DNA of 64,000 nucleotides, from IMG/VR virus record IMGVR_UViG_3300044627_003356. The stretch is one strand, 5' to 3'. A model generated the notes under the pieces. It was not told where the DNA came from, searched no databases, and saw only the letters and a list, made by a program, of their open reading frames with translations. Positions 1 through 8,630 of this stretch are shown in pieces. The DNA comes from a virus. Made by a program: the position numbers and the translations under genes. Every line of letters starts with the position of its first letter. The first letter of the stretch is position 1.

Positions 1-86
1 ATACACCGCCTCTTGTGCTGAAATGGCGGTCACTTCTTCATATTGAGTATGAACCGAATCATCCACAAATTCTACGAGGTAATAAT

Positions 87-269
87 TCATTCTTCGTTTT
101 CCTCGCCACCAACATAAACTTCTTTATAAATTATTTTGATGGTTTCATCTGGATGCTCATCAGCACAATACTCTCTCACTTCTTGAACTTCATAAAAGCT
201 CACATGGATGGTACGACCTGATTCAAATTCAACCATGTATACACTTTCAAAATCTGAATCATAACTCAT
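87..269 (-). CDS. hypothetical protein
   Basis: 60-aa ORF in tightly packed minus-strand run, overlaps next ORF by 4 nt. Confidence 0.7.
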   Translation of the reverse strand: MSYDSDFESVYMVEFESGRTIHVSFYEVQEVREYCADEHPDETIKIIYKEVYVGGEENEE

Positions 270-715
270 GCTGTTTCCTTTTCTTTACAGAACTCCACAA
301 ATTCAGGCAGTGAACCAGAGAAAATAACTTCACTATCATAATCACTACTCATACCAAACATATTGCAACCACAATAATACACTTCAATTTTGAATTCACC
401 ATCAACATTCAAAATATGATATTCGTAATCCTGTCCACATGATTGTTGAACAACAGGATGAATATAAAATCCACCAGATGATTGTTTGAAATTTGCAATC
501 ATCTGTGCAGCCAAACAACCCATGCCATTGAAGAATTTCTCATTGGCACCAAGGCGTAAGCCATTGGTCATTGTACCGCTCGATAGAAACTCTGCCAACT
601 CAGCACCATGGCCTGTTGGATAACCATCGTATTGGCGGTACATATTGACAATACGCTCTGCGGCCTCACCACTCTTGGATTCTTCATATACAAATGTTAA
701 ACTTCTGGTGCCCAT
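266..715 (-). CDS. conserved phage hypothetical protein (MGTRS...YRQYDGYP family)
   Basis: 149-aa ORF; N-terminal MGTRSLT and DGYP motif typical of a widespread early phage protein. Confidence 0.75.
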   Translation of the reverse strand: MGTRSLTFVYEESKSGEAAERIVNMYRQYDGYPTGHGAELAEFLSSGTMTNGLRLGANEKFFNGMGCLAAQMIANFKQSSGGFYIHPVVQQSCGQDYEYHILNVDGEFKIEVYYCGCNMFGMSSDYDSEVIFSGSLPEFVEFCKEKETA

Positions 716-717
716 AA

Positions 718-909
718 TTAAACTCCACTCAAATTAGTATTATAACGCTCTTCATAAATTTTGATAATTGTATCGTCAGTCAATTCACGCAAATTATCAG
801 TCAACAAATCTTTGGTAAGGTCAATCAATTCAGCTTTTTTTAGCTTTTTCATTTGAACCATGCCATCTTCTACCAACTCACTAATCAATCTGTTAATCAC
901 TCTACTCAT
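718..909 (-). CDS. hypothetical protein
   Basis: 63-aa ORF with GGAG RBS upstream. Confidence 0.7.
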   Translation of the reverse strand: MSRVINRLISELVEDGMVQMKKLKKAELIDLTKDLLTDNLRELTDDTIIKIYEERYNTNLSGV

Positions 910-1070
910 ATAATCTCCAAAAAATAAGGTTTGGTTTACATTATCTCAGTTGAAACCAAAAAACTATCAGCCGCTGTTTTGGCTTTTTAAAGTCTGCCAC
1001 GGATATTCCTCCAGTAAGACCAAGCAATGTGATTTTCCTACACATTACTACGCACATCGGATTAAACTAG

Positions 1071-1388
1071 TTACACCGTATGCGATTTTTTATACTCAAC
1101 ACCACGCAAAAATGCCTCACGCTCAATACGAAGCTCACGGACAGTCCGTGCATCACGCTCATACACATCAAACGCTTTTGCATCACGCTTACGGGTAGAA
1201 CTTTGATTAAAGCTTGGTCGTGGACCACGGAACATTACAAAATACTTGGTGAAATCAATAAATTGCTTGATTTGTTCATAATTGTCAATTGGCACAGCTT
1301 TGTAAACTGACCGAAAACCAATTGGTGAAAGATGATTAGCAAATATAGATTGCATAATATCTTCTTTCTGTTGATAATTTAGTTTCAT
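1071..1388 (-). CDS. hypothetical protein
   Basis: 105-aa ORF in operon-like run. Confidence 0.7.
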   Translation of the reverse strand: MKLNYQQKEDIMQSIFANHLSPIGFRSVYKAVPIDNYEQIKQFIDFTKYFVMFRGPRPSFNQSSTRKRDAKAFDVYERDARTVRELRIEREAFLRGVEYKKSHTV

Positions 1389-1588
1389 ACAGTTTCCTTT
1401 TCTACTGGTGTAAACATTTTACGAGCATCATTCATAAACACACGGCACGCCGTATTTTCATCAGGCCAAAAATGGTCACATTTACCATCCACCTGATACT
1501 TGTCATATTCTTGTAAAATTTCCAAAATACCTGTACCACGATGTTTGGCCATTTCTTGAACAATATTACACGCTCTACTAATATCCAT
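1385..1588 (-). CDS. hypothetical protein
   Basis: 67-aa ORF, GAGG RBS, 4-nt overlap with downstream gene. Confidence 0.7.
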   Translation of the reverse strand: MDISRACNIVQEMAKHRGTGILEILQEYDKYQVDGKCDHFWPDENTACRVFMNDARKMFTPVEKETV

Positions 1589-1589
1589 A

Positions 1590-1874
1590 TTAACCTCTAC
1601 TCAAATTAATTACACGAAAATCAAATTCCATAAAACTCGTTTGATGTGGAACAAATACAATCTTTCCTACACGATTACGAGGATTAGGTTTAGTTTCGTA
1701 TTTCTTAAACTTATCAACTGTCACCGTGACCTTGTAAGAATTAAAACCAGATTCATTACAATTGGCCTGTTCTACAACACCTTCAATAAAAGCATCATCA
1801 CGACCTGCACATGGCTTAAAATCATATGCACGGATAATATCACCAACTTTTGCAACATTTTCAAATTTCAACAT
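1590..1874 (-). CDS. hypothetical protein
   Basis: 94-aa ORF, AGGAG RBS, directly downstream of predicted promoter. Confidence 0.75.
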   Translation of the reverse strand: MLKFENVAKVGDIIRAYDFKPCAGRDDAFIEGVVEQANCNESGFNSYKVTVTVDKFKKYETKPNPRNRVGKIVFVPHQTSFMEFDFRVINLSRG

Positions 1875-1902
1875 AATATCTCCTAATCAATCAATACAAA
1901 CC

Positions 1903-1930
1903 ATTATACAGGTATTGGACTATACCACAA
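1903..1930 (-). promoter_or_regulatory. sigma70-like early promoter
   Basis: TTGTGG-16nt-TATAAT on minus strand. Confidence 0.55.
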
Positions 1931-1978
1931 CCAACATGGCATACTCCGATAACAATACTTGGCCAATTTTTATCAAAG

Positions 1979-1996
1979 TGTTGTATCAAAACAACG
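1979..1996. promoter_or_regulatory. palindromic box TGTTG-N8-CAAC(A/G)
   Basis: TGTTGtatcaaaaCAACG; same motif at 5442, 10580, 13813, 14758. Confidence 0.5.
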
Positions 1997-2195
1997 CACC
2001 GGCCAGATATATGGACAATAATACGGAATTCACTAAAATAATACAATTTTCTCTTATTCTATATCCCCATATTATCCATAATACGCATCCTATATTGAAT
2101 GCGTAGATATTATAAGGATATAGATTGGCGGCTGTCAATACTGCACCAATTAAGGTAATAATTGTTGCCGACCATTTTAAGATACTGTTTGACAC
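1986..2195 (-). CDS. small membrane protein
   Basis: 69 aa with three hydrophobic segments. Confidence 0.7.
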   Translation of the reverse strand: MSNSILKWSATIITLIGAVLTAANLYPYNIYAFNIGCVLWIIWGYRIRENCIILVNSVLLSIYLAGALF

Positions 2196-2332
2196 TTATG
2201 CGCCCTATTCTTTTTAATAGAATAACCATTTAGTAAAACCCACTCCACATACGCCTCAACAATTAGTGGTGTATCTGGCGTTTTCTGTTGTAATGCCTTT
2301 AATTCTTTAATTGTAAATTCCCATCTATTCAT
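2177..2332 (-). CDS. hypothetical protein
   Basis: start moved to MNRWEF ATG at 2332. Confidence 0.5.
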   Translation of the reverse strand: MNRWEFTIKELKALQQKTPDTPLIVEAYVEWVLLNGYSIKKNRAHKCQTVS

Positions 2333-2576
2333 TATGTTTACCTTCATATATTTCAATAAATTCATCACCACAATATACATCATATCCATTGCTAAGCAAA
2401 GACATCATTGTGGCCGCTGTTGATTCTTTAGATAAACCAACACCTAAAGTCTTTTCCCACTCTCTGACGACATCATACCATGTTGTATTGTTTTCCCAAC
2501 AGTCATAATGGGTATACTCAATTGGTTCCAAATCATCAGGTTGTATTGTATATAACATTCCCATAATATTATTCAA
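2325..2576 (-). CDS. hypothetical protein
   Basis: acidic 83-aa ORF in run. Confidence 0.6.
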   Translation of the reverse strand: MNNIMGMLYTIQPDDLEPIEYTHYDCWENNTTWYDVVREWEKTLGVGLSKESTAATMMSLLSNGYDVYCGDEFIEIYEGKHNE

Positions 2577-2735
2577 TTTCCACTATATTAAAAACACTAG
2601 ATTCCAAATCAATTTCTTTCCATGTGGTAAAATCTAAATCACCGCCGTCAAATTGATTGTGAATATTCTTTATTGATTCTGCTTCAACCTCTGCTTCATA
2701 ATAGATTGTCGAGGCAATCGTTACTTTAAATTTAT

Positions 2736-2942
2736 TCACACGGCCTCCTTAAACCAAGCATTCCAAAGCTCACGCTCATTCATTTCCTGCACCAATTGTT
2801 CTTCGGTGTAGTTTTCGTAGCCTTTAAAACCAGTATACAAAATTTCTGCCAATACTGATAAATCATTTTGATTGGCATCAGCCATAATACTATCAATATC
2901 ATTATCAACCAACATTTCAATCATTTCACGGCGTCTACTCAT
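2736..2942 (-). CDS. hypothetical protein
   Basis: start moved to MSRRREM ATG at 2942, coupled to upstream gene. Confidence 0.65.
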   Translation of the reverse strand: MSRRREMIEMLVDNDIDSIMADANQNDLSVLAEILYTGFKGYENYTEEQLVQEMNERELWNAWFKEAV

Positions 2943-3465
2943 CTTCGTTCTCCTCTTCCCATTCACGCATTGATTCGGTGATACCATACATTTCATTCAA
3001 GGCTTCAGGCAGATATTCTTCCGCTTCATCAGCATTCATGCCAGAATAATCGTAGCATTCATCCGAACCTTCATACATTCCAGCAAAACCCATACCAGGT
3101 TCATGATAGTAGGCCCTAACATCAAAGCCTAATTCTTCCAACTTTGCATATGCCTCAATTGGAGGACCCCATGGACTATCAAAAGCACCAACTAATACGC
3201 CATTCTCATTGATTTCAGAACCATATGGCGAGATATCCCACTTGGTACCCCAATTATTCACACACCACGAATACCAGTCAGAAGCACCGTATTTCTCCAC
3301 CAATGCTTCATTGGTTTCACTTGGTGATGTGGTATCTTTCAATTCAACAGGCAATGGAATAAATTCATTCAAAAATGTGCCATCAGCAAATGCTTTGGCT
3401 GCCCGTTCTACCATTGCTTTATCTTCGTGATAAAGCTCAATATTATTATTACACCAATTTGGCAT
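2935..3465 (-). CDS. DUF1281/YubB ferredoxin-like domain protein
   Basis: MPNWCNN start, WYxWCVNNWGTKW and FDSPWGPP motifs. Confidence 0.8.
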   Translation of the reverse strand: MPNWCNNNIELYHEDKAMVERAAKAFADGTFLNEFIPLPVELKDTTSPSETNEALVEKYGASDWYSWCVNNWGTKWDISPYGSEINENGVLVGAFDSPWGPPIEAYAKLEELGFDVRAYYHEPGMGFAGMYEGSDECYDYSGMNADEAEEYLPEALNEMYGITESMREWEEENEDE

Positions 3466-3562
3466 AGTTTAATACTCCTTAATTACATAATAAATTAAAA
3501 AACTTGATGCTACCATATACAACAAAATACATATGTTTATTGCTACTAACATAATTCTCCCT

Positions 3563-3591
3563 ATTATAAAGGATTCTACCAAAAATGTCAA
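3563..3591 (-). promoter_or_regulatory. sigma70-like early promoter
   Basis: TTGACA-17nt-TATAAT perfect consensus. Confidence 0.8.
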
Positions 3592-3602
3592 GAACCCTTT
3601 AT

Positions 3603-3629
3603 AATAGCTGACCAAATTGGTCAACTATT
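3603..3629. promoter_or_regulatory. palindromic operator-like site
   Basis: AATAGcTGACCAAaTTGGTCAaCTATT imperfect inverted repeat just upstream of the -35. Confidence 0.5.
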
Positions 3630-3634
3630 GTGGA

Positions 3635-3922
3635 TTAATCACACAGATTAACCGAACAACCTAAGCGCAACTGGCGCCTTACTACATCCACACCAAGTAT
3701 GGTATCGGCATTTGACCATCTTAATGCACCATAACCACTTTGATTGGTGCCAAGACGACCAGATTTCTCCCATGCTTCACAGATTGCTCTGCATACCGCT
3801 GGTGTCAATTCACCATCATATGAAATGTCCACCGAATCTTCCCAAGTATCTTGGTATGAATGCATGCGATGGGTGCCTTCAATTTGCTTCCTAGTGCTCA
3901 CTAACAATTTACCACCGAACAT
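3635..3922 (-). CDS. hypothetical protein
   Basis: 95-aa ORF, GGAGG RBS. Confidence 0.7.
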   Translation of the reverse strand: MFGGKLLVSTRKQIEGTHRMHSYQDTWEDSVDISYDGELTPAVCRAICEAWEKSGRLGTNQSGYGALRWSNADTILGVDVVRRQLRLGCSVNLCD

Positions 3923-3923
3923 A

Positions 3924-4103
3924 CTACGCCTCCAATGTTAATTCTTCAATTTCAACAGATTCCATTTCAAAATTCATAATCTGCTCTTCTACCGTTTTAC
4001 TAAAATTTACGGCTTTATCATAATCAGAAAAGGCACGAAGATTTAACCATTCCCATCCAACAAGGTCAATAAATTGACCAGATTTCACAACATATACATT
4101 CAT
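3924..4103 (-). CDS. hypothetical protein (59 aa, not in ORF track)
   Basis: hand-translated MNVYVVKSGQF...EELTLEA; GGAG RBS. Confidence 0.6.
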   Translation of the reverse strand: MNVYVVKSGQFIDLVGWEWLNLRAFSDYDKAVNFSKTVEEQIMNFEMESVEIEELTLEA

Positions 4104-4188
4104 AATAATACTCCAATTAATAATAATACTAAACCAATACTAAACCGAGTTAATAACAGTTTATCCAAATAAGTCATTTCAAGCATAA

Positions 4189-4332
4189 TCACTCTTTATA
4201 ATCGGTATAACACTCAATGGCCGCTCTAACCAATTTAATATCAACACCGAGCTTTTTAGCGATTTGCTTTTCGGTCATACCATCTTGGTATAACTCTATG
4301 ATTTCTTCATAGGTTCTTTTCATATAACTCAT
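4189..4332 (-). CDS. small helix-turn-helix DNA-binding protein (47 aa, not in ORF track)
   Basis: hand-translated MSYMKRTYEEIIELYQDGMTEKQIAKKLGVDIKLVRAAIECYTDYKE; GAGG RBS; HTH pattern. Confidence 0.6.
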   Translation of the reverse strand: MSYMKRTYEEIIELYQDGMTEKQIAKKLGVDIKLVRAAIECYTDYKE

Positions 4333-4353
4333 ACTACCTCTTTTTTAATAATC

Positions 4354-4388
4354 TTACTAATAACCACTCATAGAATGGTTACTATAAA
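4354..4388 (-). repeat. conserved intergenic 12-bp triloop hairpin, copy 1
   Basis: UAGUAACCAUUC-UAU-GAGUGGUUAUUA; homologous to 5879-5913. Confidence 0.65.
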
Positions 4389-4389
4389 A

Positions 4390-4581
4390 CTACGGTGTAA
4401 TAAATTCTTTAGTTAATACTGATACAATTTTTTCCAATGATACATGGCGCCTTCTTTCCAATTTCTTTTCATTATACAATGATAACGCTTTATTATAATT
4501 GGATATTGATTTAATATCATTACAACCAAACTTAGGTTCGTACCAACTAACCTCATATCTAACATTTTTAAATGTTTTCAT
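4390..4581 (-). CDS. hypothetical protein
   Basis: 63-aa ORF coupled to upstream gene. Confidence 0.6.
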   Translation of the reverse strand: MKTFKNVRYEVSWYEPKFGCNDIKSISNYNKALSLYNEKKLERRRHVSLEKIVSVLTKEFITP

Positions 4582-4582
4582 A

Positions 4583-5359
4583 TTATGCCGCCTTATCTAA
4601 TTTGATAGTGAACGAATAATTTCCAACTGGATATTTCACGAAACCGCTCGTATCCTTCTTGGCCTTACCTTTGGCATATAGACCAACCACACAACCTTTA
4701 GGATCAAGAAAGCGTAGGTCGCTATCGTCACCATTGAATACGGATAGATTGTGATTAAAGAATTTCTTAGGCATTGCAGTACCTTTCTTGATACCAAACA
4801 CCACAGCAATATTCAATCCTTCTTCTACCGCACGCTTACAATCCATATAATTGCCATCCGCCATAGAAAAGGTCAAATGGTAATTGTCAATGTCAGCAAC
4901 CTTACGACCAATCACCTTGGTATAGTCATAGAATTGGATATCAGGGAAAGCTGCAAAGATGTTAGTAAAGACTTCACCATTACGCACAACCTCATACTTT
5001 TCCCATGATAAATCAGAGGTGCCATTCAATCTAAACACCGGTACTAAACCTAACCGATTAGACTGCTTGATACCTAATTCAATATCTTTAACTAAATCAA
5101 CCATGAATTCCGAACGGTTATCATAGAATTGCTTAGTCTTACGGATACGAGCTTGCTGAATAACATTAGTGGACTCACCACGCTTAAACATACCACCACG
5201 ACCTGCCAGATTAAGGCAAGAAGCAATACAACCAACCGTTGCCTTAGGACAGGTATTATGTCCAGATAATGAAGCAGGCGCAAGATGCAAAATGTAGGTA
5301 TTGTAACCTTGTGCCAAACCTTTCAAAATCTTAGGATTGCCAGTAGATAATAATTTCAT
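4583..5359 (-). CDS. GP88-family protein (radical-SAM-like Cys cluster)
   Basis: CPxAxxGCxxxCL, FRLNGTSD, FYDYTK, GDxSDLRFLD motifs. Confidence 0.8.
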   Translation of the reverse strand: MKLLSTGNPKILKGLAQGYNTYILHLAPASLSGHNTCPKATVGCIASCLNLAGRGGMFKRGESTNVIQQARIRKTKQFYDNRSEFMVDLVKDIELGIKQSNRLGLVPVFRLNGTSDLSWEKYEVVRNGEVFTNIFAAFPDIQFYDYTKVIGRKVADIDNYHLTFSMADGNYMDCKRAVEEGLNIAVVFGIKKGTAMPKKFFNHNLSVFNGDDSDLRFLDPKGCVVGLYAKGKAKKDTSGFVKYPVGNYSFTIKLDKAA

Positions 5360-5397
5360 AATATAATTTCCTAATCAAATAATTCAATAATACCACC

Positions 5398-5426
5398 ATT
5401 ATACAGAAAATGGTAGAGTAAATCAA
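5398..5426 (-). promoter_or_regulatory. sigma70-like early promoter
   Basis: TTGATT-17nt-TATAAT. Confidence 0.65.
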
Positions 5427-5441
5427 TATAAATCCGCAATA

Positions 5442-5459
5442 TGTTGCTACAAAACAACA
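5442..5459. promoter_or_regulatory. palindromic box TGTTG-N8-CAACA
   Basis: TGTTGctacaaaaCAACA, 15 nt upstream of the -35. Confidence 0.6.
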
Positions 5460-5652
5460 CACAAAACCTCTTATATAACCAAAAGTAATATAGAAAGTGG
5501 GATAAAGTGTGAAAAAGTGGGATTATCGTGGATTGTGTCGCTGCATAGAGTACCATTGCGGCTCTTAGTCTGTTTCCACGATTCTCCTACTGTTTCCTAC
5601 CATTTCCTGAGTATCCTAGAGCATATCTAAGCTATTCAGAGAATAATAGAGC

Positions 5653-5862
5653 TTATTCACAGCTCTGTAAGTCTGTATAGATTACCTGTCCACCACTACG
5701 CTTTACTATAGCTATCTCATTACAGCGGCGGGTTTCTATTTGATACCATGTAGGTTTATCTACTGTAATATCCACATTAACTGTAAGCCCTAAATCTGCT
5801 TGAAGCATAGCTAATAGTGTTTTTTTATCTGCTAGTGGTAATTCTCTAATATTATCTAACAT
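5653..5862 (-). CDS. hypothetical protein
   Basis: 69-aa ORF, AGGA RBS. Confidence 0.6.
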   Translation of the reverse strand: MLDNIRELPLADKKTLLAMLQADLGLTVNVDITVDKPTWYQIETRRCNEIAIVKRSGGQVIYTDLQSCE

Positions 5863-5878
5863 AATTTTCCTAATAAAT

Positions 5879-5913
5879 TTACTAATGACACCTCAGCGAA
5901 GCATCATTATAAA
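5879..5913 (-). repeat. conserved intergenic 12-bp triloop hairpin, copy 2
   Basis: UAAUGAUGCUUC-GCU-GAGGUGUCAUUA; homologous to 4354-4388. Confidence 0.65.
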
Positions 5914-5920
5914 TTCACTA

Positions 5921-6196
5921 TTAAGCGAAAGTGGTAGTGGTAACCTTACCAGGTTTGCGATTAGCTTTAACTGCTTTAACACCGACAGGATTGCGGAGTG
6001 CTTCGAGCTTTGCTTCTAGTTTAGCGATGCGTTCCGCCTTGCGGGCTTCACGCTCTACACGTTTAGCGGCGCTAGCTAGCTGCTTACTGGTACGGTTGGA
6101 GGCGATATCTTCCTTAATCATTTCCTTAATGGATTTGACTAGTGAGCGCTTCTGAGCAACCGGTAAATTCTGGATGGTGTCAATATATGAAAACAT
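5921..6196 (-). CDS. basic coiled-coil hypothetical protein
   Basis: 91 aa, K/R/A-rich, follows promoter. Confidence 0.75.
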   Translation of the reverse strand: MFSYIDTIQNLPVAQKRSLVKSIKEMIKEDIASNRTSKQLASAAKRVEREARKAERIAKLEAKLEALRNPVGVKAVKANRKPGKVTTTTFA

Positions 6197-6229
6197 TTTA
6201 AAACCTTTCTTTTCTGAGTTAATGAGATA

Positions 6230-6257
6230 ATTATACAGGTATTCTGGTATCCGTCAA
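6230..6257 (-). promoter_or_regulatory. sigma70-like early promoter
   Basis: TTGACG-16nt-TATAAT. Confidence 0.7.
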
Positions 6258-6614
6258 GCGTTATTTTTGCATGCGGTAAGTGGTTGATCCGGTTATGGAT
6301 AATACTTGACCGGACTACTGGAGAATTGGTCGGGGTTCACGAGGACGCTCGAAAACGCTTAGAGGTGGTACGGCTCGGAGGGTTGTGTGGCAGCTTTGGG
6401 CGCCGTGTGGGGATTGAGTGGGATACTGTATGGGAGTGGTGATAGAGTCTTACGGATACTGCTTCGGAGTGCTTCGGGACTGCTATACAGCGCCTTGCCT
6501 GGTCTTGCTTGGAGGGCAGCTATGAAAACGACTATATGGTGTAAGGGCGGGAGGGCCATAGTATAGTGATAAGCTAAAAAAGCTCCACCAGGTCAAACTC
6601 TTTTTCTCGAATTT

Positions 6615-6857
6615 TTATTTTCTGGGGCTTCCACTAGGTTTTCGTTTTTTCTGGAATTTTTTCCTAGGAGGTTTCTGAGTTTCTTTGAATTCCAGAAAGG
6701 TCATCTGTCGTTCACCTTCTGGTACCGTCTTGACATAGGCACGATACCTATCATTCAGTTGTATGGTTTTATTGGTCTTATACCATGAGGCCTTACTGGC
6801 TTCTCTGGATACTTCATTGTCTGACTTTGCACCAGATCCTTGATAATTTCTACCCAT
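6615..6857 (-). CDS. basic hypothetical protein
   Basis: 80-aa ORF with K/R-rich tail. Confidence 0.65.
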   Translation of the reverse strand: MGRNYQGSGAKSDNEVSREASKASWYKTNKTIQLNDRYRAYVKTVPEGERQMTFLEFKETQKPPRKKFQKKRKPSGSPRK

Positions 6858-7047
6858 GATTCAAATTCTCCATATTTTTTTTCTGGTCCCGTTCCTTGAT
6901 CCAGACCAATGCTGCATCGAGGTCCATCCACGGAGATTCCTCTTTGGTTGTTTCGTGATACCATTGATATTCTCTAGTACCGACTGACCACTTATTATTA
7001 TCGTGGTCCCACCGTGCGGTCTGAGAGTTTCTCTTATTCAGTATCAT
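6850..7047 (-). CDS. hypothetical protein
   Basis: 65-aa Trp-rich ORF overlapping neighbours. Confidence 0.65.
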   Translation of the reverse strand: MILNKRNSQTARWDHDNNKWSVGTREYQWYHETTKEESPWMDLDAALVWIKERDQKKNMENLNHG

Positions 7048-7316
7048 TGATTCTCAGATTTTTTTTCGTGGAGCCGGTTGCCAATTTTAGCGAGCTCATC
7101 AGCAAGTAATCGGACCTTAATACTTTCTTCGGGGTCCTCTATGGTTCTCGAAAGTTTATGGAGTTTGATAATAGTACCACTTATATCGGGAGGTCTACAG
7201 GTACAGTTTCTCCCTTGGTTACAATAACCAGTACAGGAGTATTCAGACGTAAAAAAATTTTTCAGGAGGTTCCAGAGATACCAGAAGCGTTCTCTATACA
7301 GTTTAACGGGATCCAT
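7044..7316 (-). CDS. hypothetical protein with Cys cluster
   Basis: CTGYCNQGRNCTC motif. Confidence 0.65.
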   Translation of the reverse strand: MDPVKLYRERFWYLWNLLKNFFTSEYSCTGYCNQGRNCTCRPPDISGTIIKLHKLSRTIEDPEESIKVRLLADELAKIGNRLHEKKSENQ

Positions 7317-7434
7317 AGATTTGTTTCTCCAGTTCTTGTATTCGTTCCAATAGTTTCAGAACATCTTGGATTGGTACCCATTTACCAGATACATCAGTTG
7401 TTATATTCATATTGTATGAAAGTCCTTTCTTATA

Positions 7435-7908
7435 TTAAACTATTTCCATCCATGTGTGGTCACCCATATACTTTACCTGTGTCTGATATTCATAATCTTC
7501 AGGTACACCACTAGTCCAATCGTTTGGGCCATTCTGTGTGAGGAGTATGTGTTGTTTTCTTTTATCCCATACTAACCAATAGATATGTCCCATTACTGGT
7601 GAAAACTGGTACACAGCAGCATGAACAGCATCCGTGACATTTAATCTGCGTTTAATATCGTCAGCCTGTTTTTGTAATACAGAGACCAGTTCCATGATTC
7701 TATCGTATTCCTGCTGGGCATACATCCTAGCATGGTTAATCATTAAGTCTTTTTGTTGAGTTACAGGTACCAGTTCAAATTTAACTGCGCCTGCCTCTGT
7801 GGGATATTCTGATATGTTTCTGTTAAGGAAAGGTACCAGAGTTCCACCTATCTCGGCATCGAAACTGTGTCGGCCTTTGGCAGTATTCGATTTCTTATTT
7901 TCTTCCAT
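7435..7908 (-). CDS. DUF2452-like protein
   Basis: coiled coil followed by FxPxxGxxYWL, LxxxGPxDW and DHTW motifs. Confidence 0.65.
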   Translation of the reverse strand: MEENKKSNTAKGRHSFDAEIGGTLVPFLNRNISEYPTEAGAVKFELVPVTQQKDLMINHARMYAQQEYDRIMELVSVLQKQADDIKRRLNVTDAVHAAVYQFSPVMGHIYWLVWDKRKQHILLTQNGPNDWTSGVPEDYEYQTQVKYMGDHTWMEIV

Positions 7909-7911
7909 GCT

Positions 7912-8067
7912 TCATATGGATATCTCTGGTCGGTCAAAGACGAAGCAAATACCACAAAGAGTGAATAATCGGAATCCTTTGGGAGTGATTTCGTTATAGT
8001 ACCAGAATTTTGGTTTGAACCAGAGTGATGTATCGGTCCAATATTGGAATATGTGTAGTAGTTTCAT
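7912..8067 (-). CDS. hypothetical protein (51 aa)
   Basis: hand-translated MKLLHIFQYWTD...EISI. Confidence 0.45.
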   Translation of the reverse strand: MKLLHIFQYWTDTSLWFKPKFWYYNEITPKGFRLFTLCGICFVFDRPEISI

Positions 8068-8204
8068 TTAGTGTGGCTCAGCGGCTTCTGAGAATGGTTA
8101 TTGGAACCTTTCGGAAGCGCTGGCCCGGATGCGGCGGAAACGCAGAGGAATACGAGAGGTACTAGGAGTGGTTTCGCCATAATATGGTGATGCGTTTCGC
8201 TGGT

Positions 8205-8375
8205 TTACTTCGTTATATTATACCAGAGGTTTTTGTAAGTTTCAATGAGGTCCAACCATAGAGCAAGAATGGTTCGGATTGGATGTTCGATAAGGGTGGC
8301 AATAGCAATCAGAGTTGCTGGTACTGCCACAAGTACGGTGATGAGTATTCCAAATATACCAAAAAATGTAATCAT
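8205..8375 (-). CDS. small membrane protein (56 aa)
   Basis: hand-translated MITFFGIFGILITVLVAVPATLIAIA...; overlaps upstream stop. Confidence 0.55.
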   Translation of the reverse strand: MITFFGIFGILITVLVAVPATLIAIATLIEHPIRTILALWLDLIETYKNLWYNITK

Positions 8376-8620
8376 GTTCTTAAAAAGTCAATAATGCCTT
8401 GTGCTGTGTTAGAGTGGCGAGTTTTAAAGGAACGGTATTCTTCTAGTTCTTTTTCTAGTTCAAGGATCCGTTTGCGGAGTAAAGAGTTCTGTTCTTCTGC
8501 GCTGGGTAAATCTAGTTTCAGTTGAGTATTCGGTATGACACCTTCGTAACCAGGATGATACGGTGCTTCGTCTACAATCTTTTGTGCTGATTGCCTATCT
8601 TCACTGGTGAAAGTGGTCAT
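8372..8620 (-). CDS. hypothetical coiled-coil protein
   Basis: start moved to MTTFTS with AAGGAG RBS. Confidence 0.7.
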   Translation of the reverse strand: MTTFTSEDRQSAQKIVDEAPYHPGYEGVIPNTQLKLDLPSAEEQNSLLRKRILELEKELEEYRSFKTRHSNTAQGIIDFLRT

Positions 8621-8630
8621 GTCTATCTCC

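Noticed and set aside
6359-6559. 66-aa minus-strand ORF in the GC-rich island
   Set aside because: Atypical composition and no clear RBS; treated as probably non-coding
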